Origin: Acidobacteriota bacterium
GTDB taxonomy: Bacteria; Acidobacteriota; UBA6911; RPQK01; JAPXNP01
DNA: 24,000 nucleotides
NCBI GenBank assembly: GCA_030597245.1
Contig: JAUVSF010000012.1
Location: 3,592-27,591, forward strand
Direction of reading: 5' to 3'
The stretch's first letter is position 1. Each line of letters opens with the position of its first letter. The notes below the pieces were generated by a model. It did not search any database, was not told the origin of the DNA, and saw nothing but the letters and a program-made list of their open reading frames with translations. Shown here in pieces: positions 1 to 10,000 of the stretch. Both the position numbers and the translations under genes were made by a program.

Positions 1-512
1 TCTTCTGTGACGAAGAGACTGGCAGTTAGCTGCGTCGCCATCCTGAGCTTGTCCCAGATTCCGAGATTTCGCCAGGTGCGTTTCAGAGTCACTTGGATGT
101 CACGGTCGGCCAGGACCACCTCCGCTCCAACGTCTTCGGCCGCTTTGATTCCTTCAAGCAATTCCGCCCCTGGCATGACGCCCAGCTTCTTTCCAATCCG
201 TCGCTGGAACGAGGTCATGATCAGGGAACTGAGGAGTAGCATGGCCCTCCCTTTCCTGATTACCTCGCCAATGTTGGTTTTTCGCCAGCGGGTTGGGTCG
301 GTGAGATTCTTATATCTAACCTCGTCAAGTTCGACGCACACGACATCAGGCTTCACCAATTCTATGGTTCGTCTGACGTCAACCACACTTTCTTTGGAAA
401 CATGTGCTGTTCCTACGAGGTAGATCTGTTTCTCTGAATGCTCAATGACATAAACGCTGGGCGGGAGTTCGCTGGATTCCACCGTTCCTGGGAGTTGTTC
501 CTGCTCGGTCAT
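1..512 (-). CDS. TraB/TIKI-like family protein (5' part only; runs off the window edge)
   Basis: Manual minus-strand translation, absent from the ORF track because there is no stop in the window: MTEQEQLPGTVESSELPPSVYVIEHSEKQIYLVGTAHVSKESVVDVRRTIELVKPDVVCVELDEVRYKNLTDPTRWRKTNIGEVIRKGRAMLLLSSLIMTSFQRRIGKKLGVMPGAELLEGIKAAEDVGAEVVLADRDIQVTLKRTWRNL. GTAHVSKES, KPDVVCVELDxxR and ADRDIQVTLKRTW are typical of the family. Its ATG overlaps the stop of the upstream gene. Confidence 0.9.
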   Translation of the reverse strand, partial: MTEQEQLPGTVESSELPPSVYVIEHSEKQIYLVGTAHVSKESVVDVRRTIELVKPDVVCVELDEVRYKNLTDPTRWRKTNIGEVIRKGRAMLLLSSLIMTSFQRRIGKKLGVMPGAELLEGIKAAEDVGAEVVLADRDIQVTLKRTWRNLGIWDKLRMATQLTASLFVTE

Positions 513-1804
513 TGGGAAGCTGACTCCATCGACTCGAGCCGGATCGGCCGATGCCGTTCGATCCACTTAGCATAATCCCCATCGTAGCCGACCCTGGTTT
601 GAAGTTCTGACGCCCGCTCGAGGATCCCTTTTACATGGGCTTCCCCGTCCGGATCCCGGGAGGTGTCCTCTGGACACTCGAGAAAGCTGTCCAGTATCCA
701 TTCGGAAACCTTTCTTGCGTGGAGCCTTGAAGCCCTGATATTTCCGGTTCCTGTGACCGCGTTGCCCAGAGCGAAGACATTGTCGTAACCCTCCAGCTTT
801 CCTGTATTCGAGTCAGGAATCCTGAAAAGTTCCCACTTGAGTTCGATCCCGGGTGTGGGTTCGGGAAGACTCCCAATGGAGGAGATGATCTGAGGCGAAC
901 GCACCTCGAATTCGGTGTCTGGAAGAGCAACAGCACGACCCTCCCGGACTTCTGTTCTCTGAAACAGCAAGCCGGCGAGCCTGTTTCCTTCGACCAGTTC
1001 ACGAACCGGCATGCAGCACGGCTCAAAGCGGAAGAGGTATTTCGCCAGGAAGTTTGCGAGGAGTTTCTCTCGGACTACTTTGGCTTTCTGCAGCTTCTCA
1101 GGTGTAACATTCTCGTCCATTGGAATGAGGGGCATATCCTGAGCTCGCCTTCGATAGTACAGAGTACAGCCTTTGAGTCCCAGTTCCTCAAAGGACAAAC
1201 CCAGTTGTTGAAGAGCCTTTGGGATTCCCTTCTTTTCAAGAACGAAGAGATCTGCTGTCAAGCCCCGCCGCCGGAGAGCTCTAGCGGTGGTTTCCAGCAT
1301 CAGAATCTTGACTACGTCGAGTGATGCCAGGCCACCTCCAACGATAATCGCATCATCCTGAACCTCCAAAGCGGGGCCATCGTAATCGGGGGAATGATAC
1401 TGGTTGAACTGTGCAACGAAGAGGTTCTGGTAGCTAAGCCCCCTGTTTTCGAAGGCATCAATCCCAGGTACCGGGAGTGGCCGGTCTTTCCAGGCGCCTG
1501 TAGCCAGCAGGATCGCGCTGAAACCCCATCCCATGAGTTCCTCCAGACTGACATCTCTCCCCAGTTTGGTGCCGGGGATGTATGTCACATAAGGGCTCCT
1601 GAGTTTCTCGTCGATGGCGGCTTCTTCCTTGTCTCTCTGCTTGTGATGCCACTTGGGAAGCCCAAGTTCTATCTTCCCCCAGGGAACGGCTTCCATCTCC
1701 AAGACCACCGAACGGACCCCTCGCTGGGCGAGACAGTGGGCGGCCTCAGAACCAGCTACAGCCCCGCCGACGATACATACAATAGGTGAAGGATGAATTG
1801 GCAT
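509..1804 (-). CDS. FAD/NAD(P)-dependent oxidoreductase (glutamate synthase small subunit / ferredoxin-NADP reductase-like)
   Basis: 431-aa ORF with an N-terminal dinucleotide-binding GGAVAGSEAAHCLAQRG, ILLATGAWKDR, IIVGGGLASLDVVKI and VFALGNAVTGTGNIRASR. Confidence 0.85.
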   Translation of the reverse strand: MPIHPSPIVCIVGGAVAGSEAAHCLAQRGVRSVVLEMEAVPWGKIELGLPKWHHKQRDKEEAAIDEKLRSPYVTYIPGTKLGRDVSLEELMGWGFSAILLATGAWKDRPLPVPGIDAFENRGLSYQNLFVAQFNQYHSPDYDGPALEVQDDAIIVGGGLASLDVVKILMLETTARALRRRGLTADLFVLEKKGIPKALQQLGLSFEELGLKGCTLYYRRRAQDMPLIPMDENVTPEKLQKAKVVREKLLANFLAKYLFRFEPCCMPVRELVEGNRLAGLLFQRTEVREGRAVALPDTEFEVRSPQIISSIGSLPEPTPGIELKWELFRIPDSNTGKLEGYDNVFALGNAVTGTGNIRASRLHARKVSEWILDSFLECPEDTSRDPDGEAHVKGILERASELQTRVGYDGDYAKWIERHRPIRLESMESASQ

Positions 1805-1904
1805 TGGCTGTCCTGTCTTAGAGATTGGTTAATCTTTTGTAGATGCAGATCAGTATTGTAGCCAAAGAAACGGTCGGGTGTTTCGATGAATGGAAAAGGA
1901 TCCA

Positions 1905-3122
1905 TTAATCAGGACAAGCAGTCGATTTGAGAAGTTCTCGATTCTTCCAGAAAACACGCGCCTGACGGACGATACGTTTCTCTGACTGGGAATGGTCCAG
2001 CTCGAGCGTTTCTCGGATAAACGAAACAACACGACCGAAATAGAAGGGCTTCAGGCTTTCAACCACGCGGAGTTGATCGTCCTGACTGGATAAGTCCCCG
2101 TATGCATCAATATAAGAAAACACTATCTCCGCCCAGGTTGCAGCACCAATTCGAAGGCGGCGCTTTTCGAACATGCGGTGGATATCTGCGGCGAGTTCTT
2201 CCGGGAGAACAGAGTGTCTGTCTCCATTGGTATCTTCATATGCCGTTAACGCCTGACGCTTAAGCGTCTTGTAGTCGATCTCGAGGTCCTGAGGTTCGCA
2301 GATACCGTACCCGTTGTTATCGAACAGAGGTGGAGTGAATGGCTTAGAACCGTTGAGGCACCACTGCTCTTTGGCTCGAAGCAGTTCCCGAAACAGAGTG
2401 TCAACCACTTGGGTAAACATGATGCCCAGCTTCGGAGCGCTTGGTTTGTGAATCTTGGCCCCGAGCGTAGCCTGAGCAGTCAAGAAGCCGGCCACCACCG
2501 CTTCCAGTGTCATGAAAATGTCCACTCCGTATTGGCAGATGCTTTCCCCCCACTCAGTGGACAACCAGTGTTCAATCAATTCTCCTGAGAAAGCAAAGTC
2601 ACCCCCGATAGGCTGGCGGATATTCTTGCCCAACAAACCGTAAAGAAGGGGATAGCAGAGGTGATTGGTGATGGTTCCATCGTATTCATTACGTGCATAG
2701 TAAGGAGACACGAACTCATAGCCTTCGAACACCGGCCTGGCCAGAGCCTCCACCCACACCGGACTGATGCTTTTCAGATCAGCATCCACCACGACAACGG
2801 CTCTTGGCTTGAAGGGATTCAGGTACCGAAAGAGGTTCAGGAAATTGTTGCCTTTGCCTTTCACTCCCGGCGGAGTGGAAAGATAGACCTTTTGAACGCC
2901 CTTACTATCGGCTCCCAGAAAGACCTCTTTGGTGCCGTCATTTGAGTAATTGTCTGCATTGATTATGACTGTGCTACATTCCGGAAAATATTTACGGAGG
3001 CCCTCCCCCACCTGAGAGACTACGAAGGCAATGTTATCTGCCTCGTTGTACGATGGGATGCCCACAGCGACGTCAACAGGAACATTTTGCAGCGGGTTTT
3101 CGATGATGAAGTCGTCGTACAT
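1905..3122 (-). CDS. Glycosyltransferase, GT2/GT81-like (resembles glucosylglycerate synthase-type enzymes)
   Basis: 405-aa ORF: VAVGIPSYNEADNIAFVV, VVVVDADLKSISPVWVEAL (DxD-like), IRQPIGGDFAFSGEL, GVDIFMTLEAV. Confidence 0.75.
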   Translation of the reverse strand: MYDDFIIENPLQNVPVDVAVGIPSYNEADNIAFVVSQVGEGLRKYFPECSTVIINADNYSNDGTKEVFLGADSKGVQKVYLSTPPGVKGKGNNFLNLFRYLNPFKPRAVVVVDADLKSISPVWVEALARPVFEGYEFVSPYYARNEYDGTITNHLCYPLLYGLLGKNIRQPIGGDFAFSGELIEHWLSTEWGESICQYGVDIFMTLEAVVAGFLTAQATLGAKIHKPSAPKLGIMFTQVVDTLFRELLRAKEQWCLNGSKPFTPPLFDNNGYGICEPQDLEIDYKTLKRQALTAYEDTNGDRHSVLPEELAADIHRMFEKRRLRIGAATWAEIVFSYIDAYGDLSSQDDQLRVVESLKPFYFGRVVSFIRETLELDHSQSEKRIVRQARVFWKNRELLKSTACPD

Positions 3123-3348
3123 TTCTCTGAGTTTCGCCCCTCCCCGTCATTCGAACCTCTAAACGACCCGGTTCTCACATATGAGTGCCGGCTCGAGCAA
3201 CTTTATGACAAATCTGTGACAATTCAGCTGCACTATTACCAGAGTGTCTCAGGCGCCATTCAGTAGCGTACATATTACTTTCGTCGCATCGCGTTAAAAG
3301 TGGTGTGCGTCACGTTGAGGTTTCTGCTACGGACGTGTGCCGTACGCC

Positions 3349-4374
3349 TCAGGTAGCTCCTGAAACTACCTTGGGGACGCTGACCCGGGGATCCGGGTCC
3401 GTTTGCTGGAAATTCATCAGGGCTTCCATGACCGTGCTTAGGCTGTTCTTCTCCATCAATAGACTTCGAAACCTGCGACTCCCACGAAAGCCTTTGAAAT
3501 AGCCTGAATACATTTTCCGCATCTCCAGGACACCTCTTCGCTCACCCAGCCATTCGCACTTCAATTCCAAATGCTGTGCTGCGACAGAGACTCTCTCCTC
3601 CCAGGACGCAGGAGGAGGAAGTTCGCCGTTTTCCATCAAAGCTTTTGCATCTCGAAAAATCCATGGATTCCCGATTGCACCCCTTCCGATCATGACTGCG
3701 TCAACACCCGTTTCGTCAAACATCGCCTTCACTCGATCCGGGCTCGACGCGTCACCGTTTCCAATTACAGGGATCTGAATGTTCGAATCTTGCTTTAGTT
3801 TCCTCAACCAGGACCACTGGGCCTCACCTTTGTACATCTGAGCCCTCGTCCTGGCATGAACTGCCAGTGCTTGAATCCCCGAATCCTGAAGCATCTTTGC
3901 TACCTCGAGAATCTTGATGGATTCCTCATTCCAGCCCAGGCGCGTCTTAACTGTCACAGGGCGTGACGCAGCGGAGACTACTGCCTCTGTCAGGGCCTGC
4001 ATTTTGTCCAAGTCCTTAAGGATTCCGGCCCCTGCTCCCTGACAGATAATCTTCTTCGTGGGACAGCCAAAGTTAATATCAATGATGTCAGGTTTGGCGG
4101 AATCTACCATTCTCACCGCCTTCTTCACCTGATCGATGTCTCCACCAAAGATCTGAATACCGACCGGCCTCTCCTCCTCGGAGAAGTCGAGTTTCTTAAT
4201 TGAGTCCGGCGCATTGTGAACAAGCCCTCCCGAGGAGATGAACTCCGTATACACCATGTCAGCCCCGAACCGCCGACACAGCAGTCGGAAAGGGGGGTCG
4301 CTCACGTCCTCCATTGGAGCGAGAAACACAGGGCGTTCATCAAATTCGAGTGATCCGATTCTCATTCTCAGCAA
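3349..4374 (-). CDS. dusB: tRNA-dihydrouridine synthase B
   Basis: 341-aa ORF: FLAPMEDVSDPPFRLLCRRFGADMVYTEFISS, DINFGCPTKKI, GAGAGILKD, PVTVKTRLGW, VIGNGDASSPD, VMIGRGAIGNPWIF. Confidence 0.93.
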   Translation of the reverse strand: MLRMRIGSLEFDERPVFLAPMEDVSDPPFRLLCRRFGADMVYTEFISSGGLVHNAPDSIKKLDFSEEERPVGIQIFGGDIDQVKKAVRMVDSAKPDIIDINFGCPTKKIICQGAGAGILKDLDKMQALTEAVVSAASRPVTVKTRLGWNEESIKILEVAKMLQDSGIQALAVHARTRAQMYKGEAQWSWLRKLKQDSNIQIPVIGNGDASSPDRVKAMFDETGVDAVMIGRGAIGNPWIFRDAKALMENGELPPPASWEERVSVAAQHLELKCEWLGERRGVLEMRKMYSGYFKGFRGSRRFRSLLMEKNSLSTVMEALMNFQQTDPDPRVSVPKVVSGAT

Positions 4375-4510
4375 AGAGACTCAGTAATCCTGAATTGTCC
4401 GGCGAAAGCCGCGCGAATGCTCATTATAGTGAATCCGGCGTATTCATGTGGTTTCCGGCCGACTTAAAAACTCTTTTTGATTTTCTGGAGAAGTTGATAA
4501 AGAATCTCAT

Positions 4511-6190
4511 GTGGCCATGTCCAGTAGCAATCTTTTCGTCCTGTGTCTGATTGCGATAATGCCGATCGCCTTCGTTGCGGTTCTGTTGGTGGGCTTTCGA
4601 GTATCGGCGCGCACGGCACTTCCGGTGGGATATCTCGTCACCCTGGTAACTGCACTATTGCTCTGGAAGGTGAAGATCGACGTTCTTGTTGCAGCCAGCA
4701 TCCAAGGCCTGATACTGGCGGTCTCACTGCTCTACATCGTATTCGGAGCCCTCCTGCTTCTAGCTACCCTTAGGGCGAGTGGAGCCGTCGCCTCAATCCG
4801 GAGGATGTTTCTGGAGATCAGCCCTGACCGCCGGGTGCAAGCGATCATAATTGGGTGGCTATTTGGTAGTTTCATTGAGGGAGCTTCCGGATTTGGAACT
4901 CCGGCCGCAATTGCCGCGCCCCTTTTGCTTGCCCTGGGCTTCCCTGCTATGGCAGCTGTCATGGTCGGTCTGGTCATCCAGAGTACTCCGGTCTCGTTTG
5001 GTGCTGCAGGAACACCGATTCTGATAGGTGTTGCGGGTGGGTTGGATGCGCCGACCGTCAGAGCTTTTCTTCAGGATTCAGGCTGGACCTTTGCTGAATA
5101 CCTCCAGCAGATCACCGTCCAGGTCGGAGCGATGCATGCCATAGTGGGGACTTTGGTGCCGCTTTGTTTGTGCGGCATGCTGACTCGTTACTTTGGCCCC
5201 GATAGGAGTTTCTTAAAGGGTCTGCAGGTCTGGCGATTTGCCCTGTTCGCGGCATTGAGCTTCACCGTTCCCTATTTTCTACTGGCACTCTTTTTTGGCC
5301 CCGAGTTTCCGTCACTGCTCGGAGCCTCTATCGGATTGGCCATTGTCATCCCAGCCACCAGGAGAGGGTGGTTTCAGCCCAAAGAGGTCTGGGATTTCGC
5401 CCCACGGGAGACCTGGGACCCTTCCTGGATGGGAAAGATCGAAGCTGACAGGGTGGTGGACCGGGGCGAGTTTTCGGCTTTCAGGGCTTGGTCCCCCTAC
5501 GTCTTAGTGGCACTCCTGTTGTTGATTACCCGGTTGCCTCAGCTTGGAATCAAAGAGCTCCTTACCGGTATGTCGTTTGGATTTGGCGACATTCTCGGGA
5601 CAGGAATTGGACAACAGATCCAGCCGTTCTATCTTCCCGGATTCATGTTCCTTGTCGCCTGCGTCGCTACCTATTTTGTGCAGCGAATGAACCGGAATCA
5701 GATTCGGGAGTCTTGGAGTATGGCTGCTGTGCAGTTGAAGGGAGCTCTGATCCCACTGCTGTTCGCTCTGCCAATGGTGCGAGTGTTCATCGAGTCCGGT
5801 CTTGATCATAATCTATCGGGTTTGGAGAGTATGCCGTTGACTCTTGCCAAGGGTGCCGCTTCACTGGCGGGCGGGATGTGGCCTCTGTTTGCACCGTGGA
5901 TTGGTGCTCTGGGCGCTTTCATCGCAGGAAGTAATACGTTGTCCAACCTGATGTTCTCCCTGTTCCAATTCTCAACGGCTCTGAAGGTTGGCGCCGTGCC
6001 GGTCACAGTGGTGGCTGCTCAGGCGGTAGGAGGAGCTGCAGGAAACATGGTGACGATTCACAATGTGGTGGCAGCTTCGGCGACCGTTGGCTTTGTGGGC
6101 AATGAAGGCCGGTTGATCCGGATAACCGCCATTCCAGCTGCCTGCTACTGTTTTTTGGCAGGACTCCTGGCGATCTGGTGGGCATATTGA
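4511..6190 (+). CDS. lldP: L-lactate permease (LctP/LldP family)
   Basis: 559-aa polytopic membrane protein: GSFIEGASGFGTPAAIAAPLLLALGFP, TPVSFGAAGTPILIGV, GSNTLSNLMFSLFQFSTA, QAVGGAAGNMVTIHNVVAASATVGFVGNEGRLIR. The true start may be the ATG at 4517. Confidence 0.93.
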   Translation: MAMSSSNLFVLCLIAIMPIAFVAVLLVGFRVSARTALPVGYLVTLVTALLLWKVKIDVLVAASIQGLILAVSLLYIVFGALLLLATLRASGAVASIRRMFLEISPDRRVQAIIIGWLFGSFIEGASGFGTPAAIAAPLLLALGFPAMAAVMVGLVIQSTPVSFGAAGTPILIGVAGGLDAPTVRAFLQDSGWTFAEYLQQITVQVGAMHAIVGTLVPLCLCGMLTRYFGPDRSFLKGLQVWRFALFAALSFTVPYFLLALFFGPEFPSLLGASIGLAIVIPATRRGWFQPKEVWDFAPRETWDPSWMGKIEADRVVDRGEFSAFRAWSPYVLVALLLLITRLPQLGIKELLTGMSFGFGDILGTGIGQQIQPFYLPGFMFLVACVATYFVQRMNRNQIRESWSMAAVQLKGALIPLLFALPMVRVFIESGLDHNLSGLESMPLTLAKGAASLAGGMWPLFAPWIGALGAFIAGSNTLSNLMFSLFQFSTALKVGAVPVTVVAAQAVGGAAGNMVTIHNVVAASATVGFVGNEGRLIRITAIPAACYCFLAGLLAIWWAY

Positions 6191-6210
6191 GGGGAGCTGG
6201 GGCTTGTCGA

Positions 6211-6370
6211 AGTGCGAACGACGAACGACGAAGTTCGAACGGGATGCGGGGGCCTGGTGATCGGTAAACGGTAATCGGTGATCGGTAATCCAAGTCACCA
6301 AGCCCACCCAAGAAATTCCTGGTCTACTTACGACTTACCACTTACTACTTACTTCCCCGATCACCGTTCC
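6211..6370. repeat. Mosaic degenerate intergenic repeat R1 (lldP/pduO gap)
   Basis: Sequential modules: TCGAAGTGCGAACGACGAACGACGAAGTTCGAAC, then GGTGATCGGTAAACGGTAATCGGTGATCGGTAATC (6256-6290), then AAGTCACCAAGCCCACCCAAGAA (6292-6314), then ACTTACGACTTACCACTTACTACTTACTTCCCCGATCACCG (6326-6367). Confidence 0.85.
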
Positions 6371-6900
6371 CATAGAACGTCTGCTTGTCCCGCAGCGTTG
6401 TTAATCGAGCGTGCCATCACGAAAAGGAGATCCGAAAGCCGATTGAGATACGAGAGTGACACATCTGAGACGGTTTGGGACCGGCTCAGGGTCACTAGAC
6501 TTCTTTCCGCTCTCCGGCAGACTGCCCGAGCCGAGTGACACACAGTAGCCGCCCGAGTTCCTCCAGGCAGGATGAACTCCTCTAGCGGCTTAAGGTCTCC
6601 GTTAAGATGGTCAAGGGCTTCTTCCAAAGCCAACACTCGCTCGTTCTTGAGCATTGAGTGTCCGGGGATTGACAACTCACCCCCGAGATCAAACAAGTCG
6701 TGCTGTATCGCCAATAGCTCACGGCCGATTCCAGACGGCAACTCATAAGACAGGAGTATCCCCAAGATACTGTTCAACTCATCGACATCTCCGTAGCTCT
6801 TGACCCGAGGATCATCTTTACTGACCCTCGATCCGTCCCCCAGCCCAGTCTCACCTCTGTCACCTGTTCTTGTATAGATCTTGGAGAGTCGATAACCCAT
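6361..6900 (-). CDS. pduO: Cob(I)yrinic acid a,c-diamide / cob(I)alamin adenosyltransferase, PduO/MMAB type
   Basis: 179-aa ORF: KIYTRTGDRGETGLGDGSRVSKDDPRVKSYGDVDELNSILG, FILPGGTRAATVCHSARAVCRRAERSLVTL, YLNRLSDLLFVMAR. Upstream AAGGA-type SD sequence (GGATAAGGAATG). Confidence 0.93.
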   Translation of the reverse strand: MGYRLSKIYTRTGDRGETGLGDGSRVSKDDPRVKSYGDVDELNSILGILLSYELPSGIGRELLAIQHDLFDLGGELSIPGHSMLKNERVLALEEALDHLNGDLKPLEEFILPGGTRAATVCHSARAVCRRAERSLVTLSRSQTVSDVSLSYLNRLSDLLFVMARSINNAAGQADVLWER

Positions 6901-6916
6901 TTCCTTATCCTTTCCC

Positions 6917-7030
6917 GATCAAATGTCAAGTGACAAATGTCAAATGTCAAGTGTCGGACTACTTACTACTTACTACTTACCGCTTCCCCCGATCACTGAT
7001 CACCGATGACCGATAACCGATAACCGGTTC
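6917..7030. repeat. Mosaic degenerate intergenic repeat R2 (pduO/addA gap)
   Basis: AAATGTCAAGTGACAAATGTCAAATGTCAAGTGTC (6921-6955), then ACTTACTACTTACTACTTACCGCTTCCCCCGATCACTGATCACCGATGACCGATAACCGATAACCGG. Confidence 0.85.
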
Positions 7031-7034
7031 GTCG

Positions 7035-10000
7035 TCAGGTCTCCAGCCACCAGAATTCGAATTTGATCTCCCGGTTGGGGAAAAGCCGGCACAAGGCTGA
7101 AACGTACACCGATTCCTGGGTTTCGTAGCTGGAGGGAAGTTGTTGTGGCTTTTTACCGGTCTTATAGTCGATTGCGCAGATCTGTGAACCCTCGTCTAGG
7201 ATCAAGTCAATAACCCCATGCCAGGGCCGATCGTTGAGATATACATAAAATGGCACTTCTCGCCCCAGAATTCGTCCAGTCTGAAGTCGCTCACAATAGG
7301 GGCGACCCGTTTCATCGGCTGACTTGCCTCCGAAGAAGGCGAGAAGGATAGTCCTAACCCTCTCGAAGAGCTCGGGATCAACTGCACCTTGAACGCTCCT
7401 CGAAGCCAGAGTGAGAAGCGTTGACTCATCCAGCTCGCGACCGCCTTCGTGCCGCTCAAGGTAGGCGTGAGTCAGGTCGCCGACCTTTAACCCGAATTCC
7501 ACAGCTTCGGGTCGGAATTGCCGAAGGGTCCGTGTGGCCACGGCTGATGTGGGAGCTTTGTCTGTAGGGCGAAACAGGGTCTTGCCGGAGCTCATGGAGA
7601 GTGAGGCGTAGCGTGATTGCCATATTTCTTGATATCGGGAAGAATCCAGTTCCAGCGCCGGCGGGCTGGGCGGGCTCAGTTGACGCTGCACAGCTTTGTA
7701 TTCGCATATGTTCAGGTGAGACCTGGTTCCTCTTCTACGCTCGGTGTCGAGGTACCCGTCAATCTCCTGAGGCAATAGACTCGGGGGTGGAGTCAGGATC
7801 ACGAGCAGGTCTCTGGCCCGGGTCGCTGCGACGTACGCAAGTCGGCTGGCTTCCTCCATCTCCTGTATTTGTTCAATCTCAAGGGCTTTTTCATAAGTCG
7901 GCGTCGTAACCTCCAGTGGCCCCCACTTCATTGAGAGTGCCCGGACGGCTCGACCGTTGGAATCTGTGACCGCAATAGTCTCCGCTCCGCTACGCCGGTT
8001 AGGTTTGAGGGCATCGGACAGGATCGGCGTCCACCCGTAGAGGATTACATATTTGGCCTCCAATCCTTTGGCCTTATGCACCGTCATGATCCTGACCGCT
8101 TCGATGCTTTCATCAAAGATACTGACATCTTCACCCAGTGCAGCATCCCAACTATCGGCTCTGGACGCTCTGTGTCGCTGCTTCAGGAGCCAAACCAGAG
8201 GAGGAACCATCCCCTGGGAACACACTTTCTCGAAATCGCCGAGAACTTTGTCCATCCGAGCCACAGAGCGCCCTTCGGCGTCCGTCGAGTGCGTGTAATG
8301 GGCCTTTGGGATAAGTAAGGCGGCTTCTTGCAGCCAATCGGCGAGAATTCGATCATGCCTTGTCACGGCAAGCTTTCTGAGAATCTGAATTCTCGCGAGC
8401 GCGGATTGTGGCAGGAAGTCGGGAAGGGGATCCTTGCTGAAAATGATCCGGCGAGGTTGCATCATGGATAACAGCTGGTGGATCTCGTCATCCCGGAGGC
8501 CGATGATGGGGCTCCGGAGTAGAGCGGCTGTGGAAACTGAATCGTGGGGATTGTGGAGACAGATGAGGAGATTCAGGACGTCCAGGACCTCTTGATGCCT
8601 GTAGAAGGTTCGGGTACCCGTCGATAGCACCGGTAGGCCTGCCTCCTGAAGGGCTGGAAGGAGCGCTTCGAGCTCACGCTTGTTTCGAGTGAGAACGAGG
8701 ATGTCTTTATAGGGTGGCTCACCTGTGTTCGCGCCCTCCAGGTATTCCGTGATCAGATTGACTGTAGTGACGGCAAGGGCCTGCCTCACCTCTTCTGCAC
8801 TGGGTTTGTTCTTGGCAGATTCGGGCTTGACAATGACCCAACGTGGTTTAGGGGACTCGGACTTTCTGAAGGGTATGAGCTGCTGTGACTCGTCTGCCAG
8901 GTGAAATGAACTGGAAAAGAACCCGTTGACAAAGTTGCAAATCGATTGGGTATTTCTAAATGTTGTTTTCAGTATGGACTTGCATACCGGCATTCGGCAG
9001 TTTGAGCGAGTTTGAAATTCATCGAAAAAGCGCTGAATCGAGGGAACGTCGGTTCCGCGAAATCGGTAGATCGATTGTTTAATGTCGCCCACGAAGAACC
9101 CCAGGACCTCATGGTTAGAGCCTTTGGGCCTGTGGAGAAGGTTCCCGAGAAGCTCGAGTTGAAGGGGGTCCGTATCCTGGAACTCATCTACCAGCAGGGC
9201 CCTTAGTCTTCTCGACTCCTGGCGCCGCACGTCGGGGTGCTCCCTGAGCATCTGGGCGGAGAGTCTGATCATGTCGTCGAAACTGACAAGGCCGAGCAGG
9301 CGGATTGAAGCGTGGGTGGACCAGGCGGAGAAGCTCTTTAAGACACGAATCCAGGCAGACCAGGCGGTCAAGAGCGTACCGCTCAAAGTGCTGCCAAGCG
9401 TGATCGAGTAGAGTGAGTAGTAGGATTCAAAAAACCTTGCATGATCCCGGACCAGCGAGCCAATCGATTCGTTGACCCCTTTCGGGGTACCCGAACCGTT
9501 GAGGAACAGGTAGTTTTTCTCTCTTCTCACGAGTTGAGTCAATGACTGCCAGCCGGCAGGATCTCCGGCCTTCACATCGTCGGTGTACTCGAGCATTTCC
9601 GCCGCCAGGCGACTTGCCTTCGATGTTGCAGGTAGGGCCCTGGCCAGTGCCTCAATTGCGGCGATCGCTCTGCGCTGTTCCGACGGCTCGATCTGTGCGA
9701 GCGATTCGATCTCTGTGGCGATCCATGGTTCTGAGTAGACCGCCTCCATACAGGCCTTGATGTCACCAACACCTACGGCTCTCATAACCTCTGCAAGGTC
9801 AGCCTGGATTTCGGGGTTGTTCCAGGCCTGCGTTTGCCACCAGCGATCAACAACCTCTTCTTCGATCCCGCTCACATCGTCTTCGTCTTCCTGGGCAAAA
9901 CGAGTCCCTGGTGGGATCTGGCTCTGTAGCGGATGGCGACGAAGGATCCCTGTTGCAAAGCTGTGGATGGTCGATATCTGAAGCTCACTGGCCCTTTCGG

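Noticed and set aside
7-423. 138-aa + strand ORF
   Set aside because: Antisense to the TraB-family CDS, which has clear family motifs. The + product is low-complexity Ser/Thr/Arg-rich.
631-1026. 131-aa minus-strand ORF inside the oxidoreductase
   Set aside because: Alternative frame of a well-supported gene.
3140-3170. TTCGAAc-type T-loop-like string suggesting a tRNA on the minus strand
   Set aside because: No acceptor, D-arm or anticodon stem can be assembled around it.
6251-7030. Possible CRISPR array or integron attC sites
   Set aside because: The repeats are short, degenerate and without uniform unique spacers. No cas genes, integrase or typical attC R/L boxes nearby.
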